A stretch of DNA of 63,766 nucleotides, filler included, from Octopus bimaculoides (lineage: Eukaryota): NCBI RefSeq assembly GCF_001194135.2. It is 7 parts of 6 records of this genome, joined end to end, with 100 filler letters (N's around TTAATTAATTAA, not from the genome) between each part and the next. Parts side by side here need not be neighbours in the genome. Positions count along the whole stretch, not along the records: positions 1 to 13,738 come from NC_069003.1; 6 more parts are not named here. The stretch is one strand, 5' to 3'. Numbering within the stretch: position 1 is the stretch's first letter; each line of letters starts with the position of its first letter. Under the pieces are notes generated by a model. That model saw only the letters and a program-made list of their open reading frames with translations. It made no database searches and was not told where the DNA came from. The translations under genes were made by a program, and so were the position numbers. Shown in pieces: positions 1 through 12,019 of this stretch.

Positions 1-65
1 ACACAATGGGACTGAACCTGGAACCCATATGGTTGAGAAGGAAGCTTCTGACCACAAAGTAACGC
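1..65 (-). mobile_element. tRNA-derived SINE family A, head fragment cut by the window edge
   Basis: GGGACTGAACC..GGAACC..ATGGTTG..AAG.AAGCTTCT.ACCAC matches the head of the full copy at 45398-45778 in the same orientation. Confidence 0.75.
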
Positions 66-98
66 AGATAGATTGATAGATAGATAGATAGATAGATT

Positions 99-183
<85 letters not shown>
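66..183. repeat. (GATA)n microsatellite
   Basis: Directly visible tandem GATA array. Confidence 0.97.
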
Positions 184-184
<1 letters not shown>

Positions 185-197
185 CAGTCACACATGT

Positions 198-470
198 ATG
201 TATATAACAATAGACAGAACGGGAAAATGGAATCCTCGAGATTTTTATTATTCCCAACGACTGTTTCGACCCATCTTGTATCGGTCTCTCGAAGGTGAGA
301 TGCTGGGCAATTGGCAGTGGTGCGTCCTTCGGTGCGGATGTGTTTCGTCCGGTGGCTTTTCAAAAGGTCACTCGCTCAATAAACTCCGTTTAGCATGGTT
401 CGATTATAATGCGTTTCGTTATTTGATTGTAGCTGGTTGCATACAGGCCATATGCATATATGTATAAGCG
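198..470 (-). mobile_element. Probable Penelope-like pLTR 3' end, inverted relative to the adjacent GIY-YIG fragment
   Basis: The minus strand has a hammerhead-like motif (GACC-loop-GGTC-GAAAC-A-GTC) followed by an AATAATAAAA signal. It lies just upstream of a PLE endonuclease fragment, as expected for 5'-inverted PLE insertions. Confidence 0.45.
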
Positions 471-577
471 AAGAAGAACATGGTCCACAGTTTCTTCCCT
501 AACCCACCTCCCAGCGTGGCTCGTTCCCTTGCCCCTGCCCACGCTGTCGCACCTGCCCCTACCTCTCCAACATCACT

Positions 578-678
578 ATGCTCACTGGTACCCATTATCG
601 TCCCTATCACATCACCAACTCCTTTACCTGCACTTCTAGCAACGGCATTTACTGCATCTCCTGCTCGCTCTCTCTCTC

Positions 679-737
<59 letters not shown>

Positions 738-991
738 GTCCTTCAATGTACATCGGTCAAACAGGACGTCGCTTGGTTTGCGGAGCACCTCAGTGACGCC
801 AGACTCGGCAATCACACCTTCGTCTCGCGCCGTTTCCTCTCTACCGGTCATTCGCTACAACATCTGTCTGTGTTCGGAATGACTTTGCACAGGGGCGTCC
901 GGACTCCCGCCTTCGCCGTGAACAGGAATTAACCTTCTCTTTTCGCTCCTTTGCGGCACACAGGCTCAACTCACCTCCTGTCTTCATCTGA
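578..991 (+). mobile_element. Penelope-like element GIY-YIG endonuclease 3' fragment (frameshifted)
   Basis: Across frames: HITNSFTCTSSNGIYCISCS-[CT expansion]-LCPSMYIGQTGRRL / WFAEHLSDARLGNHTFVSRRF / RLRREQELTFSFRSFAAHRLN..FI*. This gives the GIY..YIG motif, conserved R and E, and the terminal GLN-like motif. Confidence 0.88.
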
Positions 992-1039
992 CACCTGCCT
1001 CGCCTCTTCTCTTCATGTAATACCACCCCTACACTACTC

Positions 1040-1399
1040 CACACACACACTAGCACTGACCACTTCCCAGCACCCGCATCACACACCTTCATCTAAAATC
1101 CCACACGCAATCTTCAATAGCGTCACCACACATACCACTATATGAGTAGCCACATACACTGTCTAACTCAGTACACACATCACACACGATTATGCACACT
1201 CCTACAGCCACACAAGCAAATAATACTTGAACACAGGCTATACATACACATGCAACATGCATTAACACACGCGACATACATAGACAAAGATAACTTTCGC
1301 CCACATATATATACACCATACACATGCACACTGTTTGGTTCCACACACACACATATGCGCACACATCACGTGAAAAGGCACACCTCAACTACTACACAC

Positions 1400-1439
<40 letters not shown>

Positions 1440-2000
1440 CGTTACACACTCGCACACTCGCACACGTCAGTTACTCGCTCTTATTCACATACACACATTT
1501 ACACATTCACACATACCATTCTCACATTCTCTTGAAATCACCAGCACTTTATTATCTCCATTTCTTTCAACTTCTTTTTATTATTAGCTCCCTTTGTTTC
1601 AAAATTTTTTCCCAATTATTTGCCATGCTGGAACCGCTGAAATCTACAAGTTTTTGTCATTCTCTCTATTTACTATCTCTTATTCCTTTCAGTTGAAGAG
1701 CGTAGGCGCGAAACATAAAAGACTTTTTCATTATCCCGAGCGTCAAACTAATACACTTGTTGTTCATACACATGTCTTCGTCTTTTGCTTTTCAATAAAT
1801 TTCAACTATATATATGTGTGTGTAGGGGTGTATATATATATATATGTATATACATAAGCGGATGTATGTATGTATATGTATATATTTATATATATGTGTG
1901 TATGTACGTGTGCGTATGTGTGTATGGTATGTATATATTTATATGTATATGTACCTGTGTACATATGCACGTGTGTGTTCGCGCGTGCGCATACTCCTCT
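1040..2000. repeat. Compound (CA)n / (TA)n / (TATG)n low-complexity tract
   Basis: Visible degenerate dinucleotide and tetranucleotide arrays. Confidence 0.85.
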
Positions 2001-2702
2001 GAATATGCATGTGAACGAAAACAGTATTACACTGGATTTCGACTGATAATAACAAGAACACCAGCAGAAATGTCAGCTAGAATATCTCCACCCAAAAAAC
2101 TGGAGCGACTCTCTGAGAATAGATAATGCCCTTATAAAAACTGAAATTTATGACCTTAGGTCACAAGCATCCAAAAAAGACACAAACCATACATGGTAAG
2201 ATGACATAAATCTTTGAAGCTGAAATCAGGAAAAAAACCGGATTCAGGTTGGTTAAAAAGGATTTTTTTCCTATACTACAAGAAAAATAATAATAATAAT
2301 AAAAAAGGAAACAAGAGAACTTTTTGCTGCAAAACTCATAAATGTATTTGGTAAAACCTTTTTCTTTCCAAAAAACTCGAGGTAACATGTGATTCTTTGT
2401 TTCTCCTTGCTTCATTCTATCCTTTTCAGTTTCGTTATATATATGTTTGTATAACATATGTCAACCTCACATTAAGAATGTGTATACCAATATATTTTCA
2501 GTTGAACTATAATAAGAAAAGATTTATTCTCTGAAAACGGATGAATATATTTTGTTTTTCATACATTTAAACGCATAAAATAAATTTATTCTCCACTCAT
2601 GTTAAAAAGTTTAAACTTGTTTTAACTACACAAAAATATATGCCCATAAAAAGAAATTTTTGACGTATTTTCGACTTTTCCTTAGAATGTTTGGTATATA
2701 TG

Positions 2703-2773
<71 letters not shown>

Positions 2774-2975
2774 ATTTTTGTACGCGAGTGTGCGTGTGTA
2801 TGAACGTATGTATGTATGGATGTATGTATGTATGTATGTGCGTGCGTTAAGTATTGAAACTAAACATCTATTTCGCAACTCAAATTCCATGTGACCTCGA
2901 GTATGTGGTTGTAATGCGTGTGTGTGTGTGTGTGTGTCTAATGTATATTTGTATACATACATACATACATACATA

Positions 2976-3888
2976 CAGTAATCACTCTGCATATCGCGGT
3001 TCACCTATCGTGCCCTCAATACATCGCGGATTTTCGGGTTAATATATGTAAATTTATATCGCGGACTCCTCAGTATATCGCGGGTTTCTGCAGCCGATAA
3101 GAATTTATATTTTTTTAGATTTTCATTATCTCTGTGGTAAGATAAGCATTTTTACGCCTAAAAATAAATAAATAAATAAATAAATATACAGTACAATACT
3201 GCATTGTATAAAACATTCATTAAAATATATTAAAATAAAATACGTAGTGTACCGTAGATGAGTAAATAAAGAATCGTACATACTGTATGGAAAACGAAAC
3301 TCGGGAGGCGAGTGTATGGTGTTGTTTTGCATTTGTGAGTAAAATTGTGAATTTATTTCAAGCTCTACGATGTTACCCAAACGTTCTGCACCTTCTAAGG
3401 CTTCTGGCAGTGAACCCAAGTGCCAGAGGAAGAGGCTTACTATAGCAGAGAAGGTGAGACTCCTCAAGATGCTCAAGGAAGGGAGGTCTGCGGATGGAGG
3501 CTGCAAAAGAACTTCAGAGAGTGGCGGAAGATCGGAACCCTCAGATGTTTCGTGGCTTGCATGTCCAGAAATGCAATCGATGGATCCATGGAAGTTTATA
3601 AAAACTTCCTTACACAGAAGAAAAGGCAGCCCATCACACAACTGCCCATCACACAACTGCCCATCACTATGTTCCCCAAACGCAAAAAGGAAAAAGAAGA
3701 TAAGGATACTTCTAAGAGTGTGGGGAGAATTTATAAAAGCTGGAATATATAAAAATAATAAAATAAATATATACAAATTATAAAAATAAAGATTTTACAG
3801 TACAGTACTGTTTCTACTTCGCGGATTTTCACCTACTACGGGGGGTGGGGGTTGGAACGCAACATCCGTGATAGTCGAGGGATTACTG
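2976..3888 (+). mobile_element. Tigger/pogo-type DNA transposon, internal-deletion derivative
   Basis: Imperfect TIRs CAGTAATCACTCTGCATATCGCGG and reverse-complement CAGTAATCCCTCGACTATCACGG, with TA flanks at 2974-2975 and 3889-3890. MLPKRS..KCQRKRLTIAEKVRLLKMLKEGRS is a CENP-B/psq-type HTH start, joined to a C-terminal QLPITMF segment. Confidence 0.88.
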
Positions 3889-4016
3889 TATACACACGCG
3901 CGCATTAAATTATATATACATACATACACACATAAATACGCCTGCGCACTAAATATTCACATATATGTATGTATACATGCATTCATATATACATAAACAC
4001 ACACACACACGCATAT

Positions 4017-4240
4017 CTTTTATCTGTTTCAGTCATTAGACTGCGGCCATGCTGGGGCACCGCCTTGAATTTTTAGTCGAATGAATCGAAACCAGTACTT
4101 ATTTTTTAAGCCTGATATTTATTCTATCGGTCTCTTTTGCCGAACCGCTAAGTTACGGTGAGGTAAACTCACCAACACCGGTTATCAAGTAGTGATAAGG
4201 AACAAATACAGACACACACACACACACACACACACACACA
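4017..4240 (-). mobile_element. SINE family A, 3' half, running into (CA)n and a gap
   Basis: TGTTTCAGTCATT.GACTGCGGCCATGCTGG.GCACCGCC...TTTTGCCGAACCGCTAAG matches the tails of 45398-45778 and 56866-57480. Confidence 0.9.
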
Positions 4241-5499
4241 NNNNNNNNNNNNNNNNNNNNNNNNNNNNNNNNNNNNNNNNNNNNNNNNNNNNNNNNNNNN
4301 NNNNNNNNNNNNNNNNNNNNNNNNNNNNNNNNNNNNNNNNNNNNNNNNNNNNNNNNNNNNNNNNNNNNNNNNNNNNNNNNNNNNNNNNNNNNNNNNNNNN
4401 NNNNNNNNNNNNNNNNNNNNNNNNNNNNNNNNNNNNNNNNNNNNNNNNNNNNNNNNNNNNNNNNNNNNNNNNNNNNNNNNNNNNNNNNNNNNNNNNNNNN
4501 NNNNNNNNNNNNNNNNNNNNNNNNNNNNNNNNNNNNNNNNNNNNNNNNNNNNNNNNNNNNNNNNNNNNNNNNNNNNNNNNNNNNNNNNNNNNNNNNNNNN
4601 NNNNNNNNNNNNNNNNNNNNNNNNNNNNNNNNNNNNNNNNNNNNNNNNNNNNNNNNNNNNNNNNNNNNNNNNNNNNNNNNNNNNNNNNNNNNNNNNNNNN
4701 NNNNNNNNNNNNNNNNNNNNNNNNNNNNNNNNNNNNNNNNNNNNNNNNNNNNNNNNNNNNNNNNNNNNNNNNNNNNNNNNNNNNNNNNNNNNNNNNNNNN
4801 NNNNNNNNNNNNNNNNNNNNNNNNNNNNNNNNNNNNNNNNNNNNNNNNNNNNNNNNNNNNNNNNNNNNNNNNNNNNNNNNNNNNNNNNNNNNNNNNNNNN
4901 NNNNNNNNNNNNNNNNNNNNNNNNNNNNNNNNNNNNNNNNTTTAGTTTTTTCAACATAACACGGATAGAATGGAGAAGTGAGGAAATCTATATGGATTGT
5001 ATTCCAATGTTGTCTACAAGATTAGATAACGCTTCATACCGTTGAGGAGGCAGATAAATAAAGTGATAGCTTTTACATGTTTGTACTAAAAAGAGGTCTT
5101 CCTGTTCATTGGGAGGCCGGAAGCAGTAAAGTGTTTTACTGACATTGTAATCCAACTTAACGCAATTCCTTTCAGAAATGCCTTATCATCCGTAGGGAAA
5201 TTGTTATTAATAATATTTGGGGAAACCCAAGCAACATTCCAAACTACATTTAAAATATAAGGAGGATTGCTTCATATAACATTCCATCTCGTATATTTCA
5301 CCGTTTATGAATATTAAATGCTGTTTGGATTTCATGTATTGTAGTTTTGAAGCTACTGTAATTAATGCTTGACTGTGACAACGAGCATGATGGTTAAAAG
5401 ATTTCTCATCACACGATAACCAAAGTGCTAGTTTATTAATATTATTAACGTTTTTTTTAAGGATAATTGGAAGATGGTTAGAAGTGTATTAATATATAA

Positions 5500-5750
5500 T
5501 TCTAGGCATCCTCATAAATAGAACGCATAGAAAAAAAATTGTTAATTTTCTGTTTGTGTTCTTGTATATCATAGGGAAATGAACCAAGACAATATTTTAT
5601 AGCTTCGATTTCATAATTGCGAATAATATTGCCATATGAGTTCACTGCATCAAATATGACGATGTTGGCGTTAGCGTTTATTGAGTATGTCCGCAAATTG
5701 AATGAGATTGTCATTTTCGTCAATGTTATCCAAACTTTACAGTCATCCAG
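5500..5750 (-). mobile_element. Degenerate Penelope-like RT core fragment
   Basis: NIVIFDAVNSYGNIIRNYEIEAIKYCL resembles the PLE RT motif (F)DV.SLYTNIP...G.EA..Y.L. Confidence 0.55.
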
Positions 5751-5752
5751 CA

Positions 5753-5823
<71 letters not shown>

Positions 5824-6315
5824 NNNNNNNNNNNNNNNNNNNNNNNNNNNNNNNNNNNNNNNNNNNNNNNNNNNNNNNNNNNNNNNNNNNNNNNNNNNNN
5901 NNNNNNNNNNNNNNNNNNNNNNNNNNNNNNNNNNNNNNNNNNNNNNNNNNNNNNNNNNNNNNNNNNNNNNNNNNNNNNNNNNNNNNNNNNNNNNNNNNNN
6001 NNNNNNNNNNNNNNNNNNNNNNNNNNNNNNNNNNNNNNNNNNNNNNNNNNNNNNNNNNNNNNNNNNNNNNNNNNNNNNNNNNNNNNNNNNNNNNNNNNNN
6101 NNNNNNNNNNNNNNNNNNNNNNNNNNNNNNNNNNNNNNNNNNNNNNNNNNNNNNNNNNNNNNNNNNNNNNNNNNNNNNNNNNNNNNNNNNNNNNNNNNNN
6201 NNNNNNNNNNNNNNNNNNNNNNNNNNNNNNNNNNNNNNNNNNNNNNNNNNNNNNNNNNNNNNNNNNNNNNNNNNNNNNNNNNNNNNNNNNNNNNNNNNNN
6301 NNNNNNNNNNNNNNN

Positions 6316-6378
<63 letters not shown>

Positions 6379-6389
6379 AGAAAGTAAAG

Positions 6390-7935
6390 GGGTTTTGTTA
6401 CAGTTTCTCTCATCTTGGGTTCTTTTTTCCCGTCGCGTGCAGGTTTTTTCGCTTGTAACGGAGTGTTTTGGAATCAGTGTATTTATAAGTTTTTCCGTGA
6501 ACGGATCTAACTTTTGATTCGTTATAACTCCGACGACATCTTATACTTTCTAGTGGTCAAGTTTGGCCTTCTGCCTGGTTGACTTCTCTGTAAGGAATGG
6601 TTATCAACCGTTCCAGTTGGTTGATTCTCTTAAAGGATCAGTTTCATTGGCCGAAAGATAGGTGACGTCAGCAACTGGTGTTTGTATGGTATTATTGTTT
6701 GGTGATCTGGAGCTGCGGTTTCGAAACCTGAGAGTAAGAATGTTACTAAAGTTTTTCGAGTTGTTTGTTGTATCTGGTTGTTTTTTTTTTTTCATTTTGT
6801 GGAGAAATTGAGTTTTTACTTCTTTTTAGTGTTTTCTTCCTTCTAAAGGATATTCAGCTGTGGTTTATATTTTTTAATGAGTATGCTTTCCTTATTCAAT
6901 CGGGATTGGGTTGAAGTGTTTCCGGTGCATTGATAGAGAGGGAAGATTTGGTACTTCGGGTTTATGTTTGCGGGGTATTGGTCTAAGTGTTTGCTTACGA
7001 GAATGTTCCTGGTCGTGAGGTCCCGGAATTGTTGCCTGTGTACCATAAGTCTGTCCCTCAAGGTCAAACTAGTTTGACCTATGTAGTCTCAATCACACTC
7101 ACCACATTTGAGAATAAATATTAAGTTCTCCGATGTACAGGTGAACTGATTTTTTTATGGTAAGAGTTTGACCTGATTTAAATTTGTATGTTGAGCCCTC
7201 CAAGAGGTAGATGCAAGTTCCGCATTTAGAGTGGTTGCATTTTTTGACTAGTGGGGTTGTATTTTTGGTGGGTAATTTGGTACTGGTGAGTGATCTTTTT
7301 AGGGATTGCAGTTGTCTCTTGCTTTTAATAATCCTATGTTTCCAGTGCTTTTTGCATTCGCAAGTCATTCATAAGGAGGTGGATGATGTTGTATGCTTCC
7401 ATGTTACTCGGATTCTGTTGATACGTCAGATAAAGTTTTAAGCGTATCTCTTGGATGTCTATCGTTTTTGCACGTTCTATTCTGTTTTTGATTAAACTGG
7501 CCGGGTATTTTCTATCTAGTAATGTGTTGTCGGAGTCGTTTTCCTCGGGTTTCGGGATTTGATGCAATTGTGCAAATTCTTCTTGTTAAGTTGAACGGTA
7601 TATTTATTTTAGTATGTTTTGGGTGGCAGGAAGAGAATAGAAGATATTGTTTTGAGTCCGTTGGTTTGAAGAAGAGGTCAGTTTCAATTCCAGTATCTCT
7701 TTTTATGATTAAGACGTCCAGGAAAAGTAGGTGTTTGTGGCTGTATTCCATTGTAAATTGGATACTGTGGTTAATGCTGTTGATTAAGTAGAAATTACTA
7801 CGAAGTTGTATAGCATTGCCTTTAATTCTTTTAATATATATACAGTTTTACATAGACCAACACATGTTTCAACTGCACCGATTAGTAACCATTGCAATTG
7901 CAACCCTACCATAATACCGGTGCAGTTTCTTTTGA
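6390..7935 (-). mobile_element. Penelope-like element: RT C-terminus/thumb, Cys linker, GIY-YIG, then pLTR-like tail
   Basis: INHSIQFTMEYSHKHLLFLDVLI..TDLFFKPTDSKQYLLFSSCHP; KKCNHSKCGTC; FTCTSENLIFILKCGECD*DYIGQTSLTLRDRLMVH..SRLNKESILIKKYKPQLN. Stops and frameshifts are present. Confidence 0.92.
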
Positions 7936-8299
7936 CTCTTTACTTGACATCCTTCGATTTAACTGTTTAAAGTTTTTCGTTTATCTACTCTGCGTTGTAT
8001 GATGTAGAGTTGTCCGTTAAGTTAGACGCAAACAATCTCCATTTCAAGTTTTGATTGGATAATCACTTATAGTCCATTACTTCAAGAAAAAGTCGAAGGT
8101 TGTTCATGGTAGGGGGGGGTGCTCAATCCCACATTTTTAGTATACATGACAGATGCTCTATTGTTGGACCAAAGTAATCCTTCGAATTTCTCTAAACATT
8201 TTTGAACCTTCGCTCTTACGACCGAGAATTCTATGTAGTTGGCGTCGTAAGAACTTAGAAACTTCGAGAGAACGTGAAACACTTTTTCTTCTTGGAGCA

Positions 8300-8480
8300 G
8301 TAAAAGTCGAAGCAGTTGTGATGTGTTGTGGTGTAGTGTCGTGTGCTGTGAGTTGTTGTTGGTGGTGGTTGTAGTGGTGGTGGTGGTTGTAATAGTAGTG
8401 GTAGTGGTGTGTGGTGGGGATGGTAGTGATGGTGGTGGTCATGGTAATGTTTTGGTAAGATTTGGCTCAGTTTGCTATAG
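8300..8480. repeat. (GGT/GTA)n trinucleotide low-complexity tract
   Basis: Visible degenerate triplet repeats. Confidence 0.85.
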
Positions 8481-8680
8481 TGAGGTGTGGTGTGGTGCTG
8501 TACAACGCTGTGTCTCTGACACTCATTAACATGGCGGAAATATCCGGCGCCAAGCAATTGAATTTCATCAACATATCGGAGAGGTTAATAAACTATTTCT
8601 GATGAGTCTACATGTACAGACATGCGCATGCCTGCATTGTATAAACAATGACCGAATGTGCGTATATATATATATATATA

Positions 8681-8712
<32 letters not shown>

Positions 8713-10139
8713 ATGTGTGTGTGTATGTATGTGTATATATATGTATATATATTTTTATGTATATATATATATATATATATATATGATATAATATACGTTT
8801 ATATATGCACACNNNNNNNNNNNNNNNNNNNNNNNNNNNNNNNNNNNNNNNNNNNNNNNNNNNNNNNNNNNNNNNNNNNNNNNNNNNNNNNNNNNNNNNN
8901 NNNNNNNNNNNNNNNNNNNNNNNNNNNNNNNNNNNNNNNNNNNNNNNNNNNNNNNNNNNNNNNNNNNNNNNNNNNNNNNNNNNNNNNNNNNNNNNNNNNN
9001 NNNNNNNNNNNNNNNNNNNNNNNNNNNNNNNNNNNNNNNNNNNNNNNNNNNNNNNNNNNNNNNNNNNNNNNNNNNNNNNNNNNNNNNNNNNNNNNNNNNN
9101 NNNNNNNNNNNNNNNNNNNNNNNNNNNNNNNNNNNNNNNNNNNNNNNNNNNNNNNNNNNNNNNNNNNNNNNNNNNNNNNNNNNNNNNNNNNNNNNNNNNN
9201 NNNNNNNNNNNNNNNNNNNNNNNNNNNNNNNNNNNNNNNNNNNNNNNNNNNNNNNNNNNNNNNNNNNNNNNNNNNNTAATTAGCTTTGTGGTGGGGATCT
9301 GTGTGGGCGTATGTGCCTGCGCGAGTAAATGAATGCGCATATAAGTATGTTTAAGTGCCAAGTATAATGTGTGTGTGTGTGTGAGAGAGAGAGAGAGGGG
9401 GGGAGAAGAGATTGCGTGGGATTGTGAGTGTGTGTGTGGGGGTGTGTGTATGAGAGAGAGAGAGAGTTGGAAAGATAAAGAGAGTGTGCATAACTCTGTG
9501 TGTGTGTATGAGTGTTTGTATATTTGTGTATGTGTATGTGTGTGTAAGCTCGTAAAAAATCATAAACGTGTATGAAGCTGTGTGCGTATACTTGTGTGTA
9601 TGTGTATGTATGTACGTATGTATGCGTGCGTATGTATGTGTGTATATGTGTGTGTGCTAGTACACATGCACGTGTATGCTTGTAAAGAAGTGTGTACAAA
9701 TTGTTGAATGAAGACATACAAGGACAAACACCTTTCCATCCTCATCTTCTCGCGAAGCTGCGAGAAGCACGTCTAAAACCATTTCCTTTGGGTATAATCC
9801 CTCAAATTATACTAATCCAATAATCCATTTGCTGGATCATGGAAACAACATTGACTAACAACAACACGCATCTTACTGTTGTGGTGAAATCCTGACACCC
9901 CTGTGGGATAGCAAGTGAACCTTATAAAAGCGCATGCGTACTGACAATGCGAGGTATAGTGTGGTGTGTTAATCCTTGTGGTTCTGGTTACAATCCTTGT
10001 GATTCCGTAGAAGTGGTGTTATAGTATATTTGTTGAAGGTCTCCCCTCGTGGGTGTGCCTACGATTGTTGATTGTTGAAATTGCTGTTACTGTTGTTTGC
10101 ATACGAACTTGTTAAACTGTATTTGTTTTCTTCCCATTT

Positions 10140-11147
10140 ATAGGAGATGTGAAACAAGTACCAGCAAAAAGCCACAGTTAAGCGACGGTAACTGGCAGAG
10201 GAGTGGACTCTGATGCTTTGGAGGTTCGTGAGGTGAAGGTGGAACCGAAGAAGTTGAAAGAGTATGAAAAGTTGTTGAAAATGGAAGGTAATACTCTAAA
10301 GTTAACCCCCACCAGATGAACTAACGAATGGTGTTATAAAGAAAACTGGAATATATAAAACACTGAATGTATCATCTAGAAAAACTGAAATTGCAACTAT
10401 TGAAGCCATTGAAGAATGCTTGAAGGAGATTGAAATGTTCGCCACGTTTATCACAAGAGGAAGAAAGTATGACGCAATGGAGGTGCGATTCGCAAATGAA
10501 GAAGAAGCGATGAAGCACTCCACTGTGGCCATAAAAACGGAAGACCTTTTGCCAACGTACTGTGGCAAGCGCGTTGCTAGGGTAAGAATTGGCAAAGTAC
10601 TCTCAGAAATAAAAGAAACATGGTTGATAGCGGCGGTAATGTTTAACAGGGAAGAAGATGCTAAAATACTTAAAGTGACAAGGACCAAAAGGTTAAACTG
10701 ACGGGGTTATGGCATCGAGATGGCCATACAAGCGAGTTTAAAAGATTTAAACGCAATTTCAGAAGAGATTGTTTTACCAGAGGATGTGAGGCTGAGAGTG
10801 GTGGTGGAGGGCAGGCCTCCTACATGCTACTAATGTGGGGGGAAATGCCACTTGAAGGCAAGGTGCCCCCAGAGAGAGGAATAACAACGATTTGAACAGG
10901 CTAAAGAACATGTGATGGAAGATGAAGTGGTACAAGAGGATGGTGAAGGAGACGGTAGTAACAGAAGAGGCGTTCACAGTGGTAAATAAGCAAAAAAGAA
11001 AAGAACGAATAGGCTCTCCGCCGGAAAGGCAGAAAAAGAAAAAAGATGAGGAGGTTGAGAAGGAAGTTGAGAAAGAGGCTGAGAAGGAGGTGACAGAAGC
11101 GAATGTACTAGCGGAAGATGAAGAGGAGGAGGAGGAGGAGGAGGAGG
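10140..11147 (+). mobile_element. L1/Tx1-type LINE ORF1 (gag-like, zinc knuckle), degenerate
   Basis: ITRGRKYDAMEVRFANEEEAMKHS..RVARVRIGKV..VRLRVVVEGRPPTCY*CGGKCHLKARCP gives a C-X2-C-X4-H-X4-C knuckle after an ORF1-like region, followed by a K/E-rich tail into a gap. Confidence 0.72.
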
Positions 11148-12019
11148 NNNNNNNNNNNNNNNNNNNNNNNNNNNNNNNNNNNNNNNNNNNNNNNNNNNNN
11201 NNNNNNNNNNNNNNNNNNNNNNNNNNNNNNNNNNNNNNNNNNNNNNNNNNNNNNNNNNNNNNNNNNNNNNNNNNNNNNNNNNNNNNNNNNNNNNNNNNNN
11301 NNNNNNNNNNNNNNNNNNNNNNNNNNNNNNNNNNNNNNNNNNNNNNNNNNNNNNNNNNNNNNNNNNNNNNNNNNNNNNNNNNNNNNNNNNNNNNNNNNNN
11401 NNNNNNNNNNNNNNNNNNNNNNNNNNNNNNNNNNNNNNNNNNNNNNNNNNNNNNNNNNNNNNNNNNNNNNNNNNNNNNNNNNNNNNNNNNNNNNNNNNNN
11501 NNNNNNNNNNNNNNNNNNNNNNNNNNNNNNNNNNNNNNNTTGATCCACTCGGAGTCGATGTTGAGTCTGATGAGTTGCCTCCCGTGGTGGATTATACAGA
11601 GTTGGAAAAATATGTGAACTACGATTTAAAAAAAAAAGTAAAATTTCATTCAAGAAAACGATGCTAATGAAAAAACAAAAAGCAAAAAAAAAAGATTAGA
11701 AATTGTCTGTAAAAACGTTCAAATGGTGCTGCTTGAGAGCGGGGCTCATGCAGCCATTTCATCTTCAATTTTTATATAACATTTTGCTTAATTCATTAGT
11801 TCTGTGTTTTTTGTCCCCACTGTGGTGTTCTGTCTATCCTTGTGTAAGAGCCTGAATGCTTGAATAAAGAATTGGTACAGTGTGGTGTGTGCAGTCGCAT
11901 TTGTGAAGGCAGTCGTTAAAGTCGTTGAGGAGAGATGCAAGTTTGTTACGTGTTTGTTACTGGTTTAGTTTTCGTAGCGTTATAACACTGTTACAGTGTA
12001 GTCTATATCCAACTAAAGG

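Noticed and set aside
2040-2115. Minus-strand FLGGDILADISAGVLVII, faintly like an SLC26 transmembrane start
   Set aside because: It lacks the following PQ motif, has a weak donor and runs into a stop.
2151-2163. TGACCT-T-AGGTCA everted nuclear-receptor half-sites
   Set aside because: A single a posteriori motif with no promoter context.
8599-8621. CTGATGA-GTCT-loop-AGAC
   Set aside because: No GAAA, helix III or cleavage triplet follows.
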